Positions 28,486 through 36,369 of a stretch of DNA of 64,000 nucleotides are shown in pieces; position 1 is the first letter of the stretch; each line of letters opens with the position of its first letter. The notes below the pieces were generated by a model. The model was not told where the DNA came from. It saw nothing but the letters and a program-made list of their open reading frames with translations, and ran no database searches. Made by a program: the position numbers and the translations under genes. Source of the stretch: Candidatus Cloacimonadales bacterium (GTDB lineage: Bacteria; Cloacimonadota; Cloacimonadia; Cloacimonadales; JAFGVF01); NCBI GenBank assembly GCA_963663475.2, contig CAXXJV010000001.1, positions 2,112,001 through 2,176,000 of the forward strand. The letters are read 5' to 3'.

Positions 28486-29298
28486 ATGAACAGATATTTT
28501 TCTTATAAAAACATAAAAAAGTCTACTATAGTCATGATTATAATTATTCTAGCTTCCCTACTACCTTTTAAATTGCAAGCTAATGAATTGAATCTCTTGT
28601 TTAAACAAGCTAATAACTTTTTTCAGCAAGGTAATTATTATGATGCTATCAAGATATATCAAGAATTGGAGAAAGAATCAAATGATACTAATCTCTATTA
28701 TAATATAGGTAATTGCTATTCTCAAATCAATGAACAGGGCTTTGCAGTTCTCTATTATAAAAGAGCATTAAGAATAGATTCTAGTAATTGGCAAGCTAGA
28801 AAAGCCTTAAATGAAATAGAAAATACTATTATATCTGCTACTCTTGCAGAATCATCTTTTACAAATAGACTTTTATCAGCTATCTATAATTGGTTAAGTT
28901 TAAACAGATTAGCCTTTATTGTCTTTTTACTTGTCTTGACTCTAGGTTTATTCATTTTTATATTTCTCTCACAAAAGATTTCAATCTCTATTTTTGCCAA
29001 AAGATTTTATTTAACGCTTAATATCTTTCTTCTAGCCCTATTTATTCTAATCTCAGTGAGTAAAATCTATGAATATGCTTCTAATCAGCAGGTAGTTATT
29101 GTTAAAAATAACACCCGAATTAATAAAGATGAGGATGGAAGAATCTATTCTACTAACAAGAAGCTGCAAGCTGGATTAAGCTTGAAATTTGTTGACTCAT
29201 TAGAAGATAGAAAGAGTGGTTATTCACTCTTAGCCTTGCCTAATGGAGAATTAGTTGTTATCGAAAACCAGGCTTTTGAACATGTATTAGTTAAGTAA
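28486..29298 (+). CDS. batE: BatE-like TPR membrane protein
   Basis: LYYNIGNCY...G.AVLYYKRAL TPR, two TM helices, SH3-like end. Confidence 0.75.
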   Translation: MNRYFSYKNIKKSTIVMIIIILASLLPFKLQANELNLLFKQANNFFQQGNYYDAIKIYQELEKESNDTNLYYNIGNCYSQINEQGFAVLYYKRALRIDSSNWQARKALNEIENTIISATLAESSFTNRLLSAIYNWLSLNRLAFIVFLLVLTLGLFIFIFLSQKISISIFAKRFYLTLNIFLLALFILISVSKIYEYASNQQVVIVKNNTRINKDEDGRIYSTNKKLQAGLSLKFVDSLEDRKSGYSLLALPNGELVVIENQAFEHVLVK

Positions 29299-29310
29299 GA
29301 TTTTTTAGCT

Positions 29311-29412
29311 AAATTCTGTAAGCTATTTTGCTAGAATAATCTGCACTCTTCACCTGTGATACCTAGCTTTTGCCAAGTATTACTAAAGCTCTACTATACT
29401 ATCTGGGTTTAA
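29311..29412 (+). repeat. Dispersed intergenic repeat, copy B (carries a ~30-nt insertion)
   Basis: AAATTCTGTAAGCTATTTTGCTA...GCACTCTTCAC[ins]TAAAGCTCTACTATACTATCTGGGTT matches copies at 38721, 41466, 55237 and partly 9737. Confidence 0.7.
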
Positions 29413-29547
29413 TAGGCAGGGTTCGGTAGACCCTGTATATATTAGTCAAAGCTTTATCTTAACCCTGTAAGGGCGAAATTATTATTTTTTTTCGCCCGAA
29501 GTCCCTTACCTACGCTTGAGGAAGACCAGTCTTATCAATACCCTTAT

Positions 29548-29626
29548 CATCCCTAATCCTTCCTTTACAGTCTTTCGATAAAAGTCAGGATTTCATCGAA
29601 AGACTGTAAAGAAAGGATTAAGGATG
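29548..29626 (-). repeat. Long inverted repeat (36-bp arms, 7-nt loop)
   Basis: Arms 29548-29583 and 29591-29626 with 3 mismatches, all G-U on the minus strand. Confidence 0.9.
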
Positions 29627-29827
29627 CAATAGTCTATATTATGAGTTTATCCCAGACTTATCTTAGCCCTGGAAGGACTACATTATCCCAAAATAATGCA
29701 ATATATCTTTGAGAATAGCAGAATATTCTTTTGCAAAAAAGGACCATTTTGAAAAAAATGGACCCTTAAAGATTATGAGGGCTTGTTAAAAAACTTCAAG
29801 AAAATCTAAGAAAAGGAGGATAAAGCA

Positions 29828-30280
29828 ATGGTTGTTATTGAATTTAAAATACCACATGGATTAAAAGCCAAAGCTAGAAGAGATGGATATTCTCTAGTAA
29901 AATATTCAAATCAGCCATTTTATCACCTCCGAAAAAAGAATTCTCCTAAAATAGGGAAAAATCATCATAAGTTCGGCAATACCATGCAAGAACTAAAAAT
30001 ATCTTATCGAAAGCTTAATGATGCTGAAAAGCAAGCACTGAAAAAAAGGAGAAAAAAGGAAGGAAGTACTAAGTCAGACTGGATTCAATTTGTTAGAGAA
30101 TATTATAGAGGGATTAGTCGTCAAGCTCTTAAAGAAAAAAGACACGTAAAATCTCAAAACAAGAAAGATAAAGTTAACAAGCCACAAAATGGAAGTGAAA
30201 GTAAGAATTTAAGAGAAAAACATTTTATATTCGTCCGAAGTCCCTTGCCTAGGGCTGAGGAACTCCGGTCTCCAACTTAG
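29828..30280 (+). CDS. Small, highly basic hypothetical protein
   Basis: Strong SD AAAGGAGGA; K/R-rich; 3' end runs into the repeat block. Confidence 0.65.
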   Translation: MVVIEFKIPHGLKAKARRDGYSLVKYSNQPFYHLRKKNSPKIGKNHHKFGNTMQELKISYRKLNDAEKQALKKRRKKEGSTKSDWIQFVREYYRGISRQALKEKRHVKSQNKKDKVNKPQNGSESKNLREKHFIFVRSPLPRAEELRSPT

Positions 30281-30683
30281 CGACTTCCGACAACTTATAT
30301 TCGTCCGAAGTCCCTTGCCTACGGCTGAGGAAGTCTGGTCTGCGCCAGTCTCTCTATCTCGCCGTCTCCCCATCTTTGAATCAAAAAAAAAGCGAAAATC
30401 TTTTTCCTTTGTGTCTTCGTGCCTTTGTGGTGAATCTCTTTCTACTCTGCCCGCCTTAAGCCACTACTTGGTATTAATCCCTTGCCTAGGGCTGAGGAAG
30501 TCTGGTCTGCGCCAGTCTCTCTATCTCGCCGTCTCCCCATCTTTGAACCAAAAAAAAGGCGAAAATCTTTTTCCTTTGTGTCTTCGTGCCTTTGTGGTGA
30601 ATCTCTTTCTACTCTGCCCGCCTTAAGCCACTACTTGGTATTAATCCCTTGCCTACGGCTGAGGAAGTCTGGTCTCCAACTGA
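30225..30683. repeat. REP-like palindromic motif array containing a 167-bp tandem duplication
   Basis: TCCCTTGCCTA(G/C)GGCTGAGGAA starts at 30241, 30311, 30478 and 30645, with a variant at 29502; units 30311-30477 and 30478-30644 are near-identical. Confidence 0.92.
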
Positions 30684-30771
30684 GTCTCCAACTTTTGGGT
30701 TAAAAGTTAATTAACTTCTTGACATATAGTATTGAAATTAAAATCATATAAAAAAAAATTCTGGGGTAATT

Positions 30772-33700
30772 ATGTTTGGAAATATTAAAAGTTATTATTG
30801 GTTGCTGATAATTGTATTATTACTTGTGGGATGTTCTAAAGAGCAAGAAAAAAAAGAAGAAAGAGTTGAGAAAATTAAATCTGATAAACAAGTTATTAAT
30901 CCACTTATGGAGCATAGCTCTCTGGGTACTAGCCTGAGGTCTGAATCACCAAGATATGAGCCAGAAGTAGAGTTTGAAGACCATAACTCATCAGCAAGTC
31001 AAGCAGTTGTTTATAGTAAGTTAAATTCCTGGAATAAGCAAAGAGATTACTATGAGATAGCTTTTAATGAAGACTTATTAGAAAATGTTTTATCTGGAAA
31101 CCTATTTAAATATATCAAGCTAAGTCCTAAAATTCCAGGAGTGTTTGAGAAAATTGATAGCAAAATAATCAGATTTTACCCTGATGATAGATTTGAAGGA
31201 GATACAGAATATAAGGTTGAGCTAAATCAAAGTGGACTCTTTGGAAAAGAAATGGCTACAGTCGAGATGTCTTTTTTCAATGACTCCCCGATTTTAAAAA
31301 TGGGACAAGTTTCTCTCTATAGTCTAGATCAAGATAATACATACTATTTAAAATTTAATATTCATCAATACAGGGGAAGTTACCTTGAAGAAGATTATAA
31401 GAATGAGCTTATGATCAATGTAGGTAATCAGAAAGTACTAGTAGCTAATGTAGAAGCTGAAGCTAATGGTCAGATGAATATTACTAGTAAGAAGTTTACA
31501 GCTTCTGGAAGAGCAAGAATACTTATTAGACCAAAAACCAAACTCTTTAACTCCCAGAGTGAAAAGGAACTATATTATTCTAACACAATAGAAGAGTTAT
31601 TAAAATTTAATATTAATAATATTGATACTATCACTGATAATCAAGGGCAGGCTAGAATAGAAATTACCTTTTCTAAAAACCTTGATACTAATCAATCATT
31701 AGCTGCTTATCTTTTCCTTGATGGACAAGAGTTTGCTAGTTCTGACATTTCCAAATTCTTCAATAAAGTTATTTTAACAGGGGATTTTATTTTAGGACAA
31801 GACTATAAGCTTGATATTAAAGCTGGAATCAGAGCATTCGATAATTCTGTTTTAAAAAAGGACATTAATAAAAAGTTAACGACCTATAACAGAGAAAGAC
31901 AACTAGAATTTGTAGATAAAGGTATTTTCTTATCAAGAAAAAATAATAATTCTACTAATATCAAGGTTATTAACTACTCAGAATTTACCTATGAGTTGTG
32001 GTCAGTCCAAGTAGATAATATAGCAGAAATGATTCATAATCTAAACTTATTCTCCTATAGTAATAATAGTAATCAAGGTTATTATAGAAGAGATAACTTA
32101 CATTGGTATGGCCAGTTACTTAAAGAAGAAAATATTGAAACTGGAGTAGAAAAAGATAAAGAAAGCTTTATCAAACTTGATTTAGGTAATGTAATTGAAC
32201 ATGATTCTAAGAAGATATATATATTAAATTTAATTGGGAAAACAGAAAATGGAGAAGACCTTAACTTAAAGAGAACAAGAAGATATTCTTGGATGAATCA
32301 TAAGGTCTCCAAGCTTCTTTTAGCTACTGATTACGCTATCACTGCCAAAGCTTTTGATAATAAAGTGGCTGTAAGGGTGGTTGATGTGCTTTCAGGACAA
32401 GCTATTTCTAGGGCTGATGTTGAGCTTAGGGCTTTTAATAATACTTTACTAGCTAGTGGTAAAACTGATAGAAATGGCTGGTTGATTCTTGATCAACTAA
32501 ACTATCCATTAGAAAATGGTGACTTTTTTATTATTGCAGAAAAAAGAGATAATATTGGCTTTCTATCTAGTCAATCAATGTATCTAGATAATTCTAAATT
32601 TAAAGTGGAAAGTAATTACTCAAATAGTGAATACAAGCTACATGCCTTCCTTGATAGAAATCTCTACAGGCCTGGTGAAGATGTAAATCTTATTGCTATG
32701 GTAAGAGATAAAAATAATGAAATAGTCCAAGAAGATATACCCCTCATAGTAACAGTCTATGATGCCAATAATACAAAAGTTATTAGTGAAAAAATTAAAG
32801 ATTTAGAAATAGGTCTTGCTACTTATAAGTTTTCAACTAAAGAAAGTTCTATGACAGGTCAATGGCAAATAGAGCTTAAATATGGATCTCTTAAAGAATA
32901 TGTTAATTTCACCCTAGAGACTTTTGTTCCTGAGAGAATTAATACTAGTATAAAAACAGATAAAGATTTCTATAATGCTAGGGATAGTAGAGCTAATCTA
33001 GAGCTAGCAAGCAAATATCTCTTTGGTGAACCTTTAGTTGATGCCCTATGTCAGGTCAATATTTCTTATAATCATGACTATTCTTTTGCTAATGATTATT
33101 TTGCTGAATATTCTTTTTATGATGATTACAAAAATTTTGATTATTCTATGTATAGCCAACAAATTACTCTTAAAACAAATAGTAATGGTAGAATAAATAC
33201 AAGAGTTGATTTGTTAAATAATAAGGAAACTTTCAGTCCTTACTTCCTCAATATTCATGCTCAAGTAACAGAAAAGGGAGGGAGACCAATTGAAAGAAAG
33301 CTTGTTTTACCTGTATCACCTCAAGAAAAGTATATTGGACTTAGCAATAACAGGTATCTTAAGGCTAAAGCAGGTGAGTTTTCTCTACCTTTCATTATTG
33401 TTGATGGAAAAGGAAATAAACTTACTGAAGCTAGTCAGATTGAATATGTAGTATATGCTAAACGTGGTTCTTGGTGGTGGGATTATGATGATTTCTATCA
33501 GTCGTCATTTAAAAACTCTGAATCTACTACTATAGTCACTAAGGGGGTAGTTACTAGTGGGAAAGACAATATAATAAAATTCACTCCTAAGTCTTCAGAC
33601 TTCCATGTTTTTATCATTGAAGCCAAGATAACTGGACAAGAAAATTATGAAATTTCCAGAAAGTACTACAATAGCTACTGGGGAGATAGTAGCGAACTAA

Positions 33701-36366
33701 CCCAAGATACTTCTCTTGAACTAAAACTTGATAAAGATGAATACCAGATTGGAGACAAAGTTAAATTAAATATCCCTAGCTCAAAGAACAGTTTGCTTTA
33801 TATAACAATATCTAAGCAAGATAAAATTCTAAAACAAGATATTGTAAAATCATCAGAAAATGGAAATTATATCTATGAGTTTACTACAGATAAGGACATG
33901 GTTCCAAATATCTACGCTGATGTAAGAGTTATTCAAGGCCAGAATGAAATTGAAAATGACTTGCCATTACGACTCTATGGTATAATTCCAATAAGAGTTA
34001 TTGATAAAGCTAGTAAACTAGATATCACCTTAGATATTCCTGAAAGAATATCATCTAACTCTAGGTTAGAAGGAAGCATTGATGTAGGTGTTAGAAAGAA
34101 AACTAAGTATATTGTTTCTGTAGTTGATCAAGGGTTAATTAACAAAACAAACTACAAAATCCCTAATCCTTGGTCATTATTCTACCAATCTGAAGCTTAT
34201 TATGGCCGTGATTTTGATAATTTCTCCTACTTTATTAATGCCCAACAATTAGATATATTTAGAAGTATTCTGATTGGTGGTGGCCTTTATGAGTCAGAGG
34301 CAAGTTTTCTTGCTATGGGTAAGGATGGCCTTGCTAGCCTAAGAGAAATGAATAGACTTCAAGAAACAGGAGTACAAAGATTTAACCCAGTTACTTACTT
34401 CCTTGGAATCTTAGAAACTGATAACAATGGTAAAGGTGATTTTCATATTGATATTGAAGATTATACTGGTAGCCTCAAGGTTTGTGTCATAGCTGTAAAT
34501 GAACAAGCCTTTGGACAAGCAACTAAATATACTATTGTTAAAGATAAAATTATAACTATGCCAACCTTACCAAGAGTTTTAACTCCTCAGGATGAAATTG
34601 AAATACCAGTAAATGTTATTATTGACGATGATATAAAGAGTCCTGTAGCAATTAGCTTATCTACTAATGAACTAGTTCAAGTGAGTTCACAAACTTCTTT
34701 TACTATCCCACAAGGAGAAAAATCTGCTTTGCTTATCTTCAAGGCTAAAGTCCTTGATAATACAGGTAAAGCTACTTTTAAATTTACTTCTAATAGTAAG
34801 AAATTTAGTGGAGAAAAGAATATCGAGATAGGGGTAAGATTACCAGCTCCTTATGAAACTGATTCACAAGTTCTAGAATTTAAAGATAACTTAATTAATT
34901 TAACTATTCCTAATAAAGGATTTGCTAACAGTAATCAAGTCTATCTTACTTTTACCCAAGGCCTAGTCTTTGATGCTGATCAGCTAGTCCAACAATCTCT
35001 TCGTTACCCTTATGGGGGAGCTGTGATGAAAACAGCGCTAACATTTAATCAACTACTCTTAAGCAACTTTGTTAAGGATATTAATTTAAGAAATAGACTT
35101 GATCAAGGTATTAACACTTACTTCCAAAATATTGTTAAATATAATCGCCAAGGCTTATACGAATGGCAAGGATCTTGGAAAGAAAGTTCAGAACGAAAAT
35201 TACTAAATATCTATGCTCTTCATACTGCCATAATTGCTAAAGAAAAAGGCTATAATATAAACGAGTTTGTTTATTCTGAAATATTGAACTATCTGTCTCA
35301 GAGTAAAACTGATAGAAAAGAGATTGATTTCGAAGATGCTTACCAACTCTATGTATTAGCCTTAGCTGGCCAAGCTGATATTGCTAAATTAAATTACTAC
35401 ATTGAGAAAAGAGGGATAAAAGTTAATAGTAATGCTATCAATATGCTGTATATGGCCTATGGTGAATCAGGCTTTGATATCAAGACAATTGAAAAAGACT
35501 TGAAACCTGTAATTGTTATTAATGATCAAATGTCTAGCAGAATTCTTAATCCTATAGAGGAAGTTCAGTCTGCTTTAGAACTCTACCTTAATTCTATATA
35601 TAAGAATAGCAATGGAGAGGATAAAGCTAAAAACATGGCTAAAGCTAACGCTATTGCTAATAAACTATCTCAAAGCAACTACTGGAATTATTATGACATG
35701 AGCTGGAACTTATTTGGATTATCTGCATATATAAGTAACCTGCCCAAAGACTTTAATGATTATCAAACTCAGGAACTGCAAGTATCATCAGCATCTGAGA
35801 CTAATAAGATTAAAGTCAATGACTTCAGCTCATTAGATTTGACTCCTTATAAAGGACAAAAACTTGAGATTAAAGGTCTTTCAAATAAAAGTGAAAATGT
35901 TATGGTTACCCTCTACAATACTTATGTTCCTAAGATTGAAGATACCAAAACATATTCAAATGATATTGAATTATTCATTACTTATCAAGACCTTGATGGA
36001 AATAAACTAGATATATCTTCTCTTAAACAAGGACAGATCTTTATTGTTAATTTCGAAGTAATTCCCAAAGAATCAAAAAATGATTTTGCTCTTACCTATA
36101 TTTTACCTTCAGGTTGGGAATTTGCTTCTCAGGATGAATCAAAGATGGTCGTTAAGCCTAACATGGCTAAACCTGAATATGTTGACCTCCGTGATGATAG
36201 AGCTATTCTCTATGGTAAGGCAAACTATTTTTCCAGAATAGGCCACCAGCTGATTATTAATGCTGTCTCTAAAGGGAAATATATTATTCCCGCAGCGTCT
36301 GTTGAAGACCTTTACAACCCTGAGATTAGAGCAAGTATCAAGGGAAAAATCATAGAAGTAAAATAA
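30772..36366 (+). CDS. Bacterial alpha-2-macroglobulin family lipoprotein
   Basis: Lipobox LVGC, DRNLYRPGE, LPRVL, YPYG region, LPSGWE and RDDR; adjacent to pbpC. Confidence 0.92.
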   Translation: MFGNIKSYYWLLIIVLLLVGCSKEQEKKEERVEKIKSDKQVINPLMEHSSLGTSLRSESPRYEPEVEFEDHNSSASQAVVYSKLNSWNKQRDYYEIAFNEDLLENVLSGNLFKYIKLSPKIPGVFEKIDSKIIRFYPDDRFEGDTEYKVELNQSGLFGKEMATVEMSFFNDSPILKMGQVSLYSLDQDNTYYLKFNIHQYRGSYLEEDYKNELMINVGNQKVLVANVEAEANGQMNITSKKFTASGRARILIRPKTKLFNSQSEKELYYSNTIEELLKFNINNIDTITDNQGQARIEITFSKNLDTNQSLAAYLFLDGQEFASSDISKFFNKVILTGDFILGQDYKLDIKAGIRAFDNSVLKKDINKKLTTYNRERQLEFVDKGIFLSRKNNNSTNIKVINYSEFTYELWSVQVDNIAEMIHNLNLFSYSNNSNQGYYRRDNLHWYGQLLKEENIETGVEKDKESFIKLDLGNVIEHDSKKIYILNLIGKTENGEDLNLKRTRRYSWMNHKVSKLLLATDYAITAKAFDNKVAVRVVDVLSGQAISRADVELRAFNNTLLASGKTDRNGWLILDQLNYPLENGDFFIIAEKRDNIGFLSSQSMYLDNSKFKVESNYSNSEYKLHAFLDRNLYRPGEDVNLIAMVRDKNNEIVQEDIPLIVTVYDANNTKVISEKIKDLEIGLATYKFSTKESSMTGQWQIELKYGSLKEYVNFTLETFVPERINTSIKTDKDFYNARDSRANLELASKYLFGEPLVDALCQVNISYNHDYSFANDYFAEYSFYDDYKNFDYSMYSQQITLKTNSNGRINTRVDLLNNKETFSPYFLNIHAQVTEKGGRPIERKLVLPVSPQEKYIGLSNNRYLKAKAGEFSLPFIIVDGKGNKLTEASQIEYVVYAKRGSWWWDYDDFYQSSFKNSESTTIVTKGVVTSGKDNIIKFTPKSSDFHVFIIEAKITGQENYEISRKYYNSYWGDSSELTQDTSLELKLDKDEYQIGDKVKLNIPSSKNSLLYITISKQDKILKQDIVKSSENGNYIYEFTTDKDMVPNIYADVRVIQGQNEIENDLPLRLYGIIPIRVIDKASKLDITLDIPERISSNSRLEGSIDVGVRKKTKYIVSVVDQGLINKTNYKIPNPWSLFYQSEAYYGRDFDNFSYFINAQQLDIFRSILIGGGLYESEASFLAMGKDGLASLREMNRLQETGVQRFNPVTYFLGILETDNNGKGDFHIDIEDYTGSLKVCVIAVNEQAFGQATKYTIVKDKIITMPTLPRVLTPQDEIEIPVNVIIDDDIKSPVAISLSTNELVQVSSQTSFTIPQGEKSALLIFKAKVLDNTGKATFKFTSNSKKFSGEKNIEIGVRLPAPYETDSQVLEFKDNLINLTIPNKGFANSNQVYLTFTQGLVFDADQLVQQSLRYPYGGAVMKTALTFNQLLLSNFVKDINLRNRLDQGINTYFQNIVKYNRQGLYEWQGSWKESSERKLLNIYALHTAIIAKEKGYNINEFVYSEILNYLSQSKTDRKEIDFEDAYQLYVLALAGQADIAKLNYYIEKRGIKVNSNAINMLYMAYGESGFDIKTIEKDLKPVIVINDQMSSRILNPIEEVQSALELYLNSIYKNSNGEDKAKNMAKANAIANKLSQSNYWNYYDMSWNLFGLSAYISNLPKDFNDYQTQELQVSSASETNKIKVNDFSSLDLTPYKGQKLEIKGLSNKSENVMVTLYNTYVPKIEDTKTYSNDIELFITYQDLDGNKLDISSLKQGQIFIVNFEVIPKESKNDFALTYILPSGWEFASQDESKMVVKPNMAKPEYVDLRDDRAILYGKANYFSRIGHQLIINAVSKGKYIIPAASVEDLYNPEIRASIKGKIIEVK

Positions 36367-36369
36367 TAC

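Noticed and set aside
30225-30683. Possible CRISPR array
   Set aside because: Spacing is irregular (70/167/167), the long spacers are near-identical to each other, and there are no cas genes
30315-30703. ORFs 30315-30626 and 30482-30703
   Set aside because: They are translations of the tandem repeat, with TTG starts and no SD
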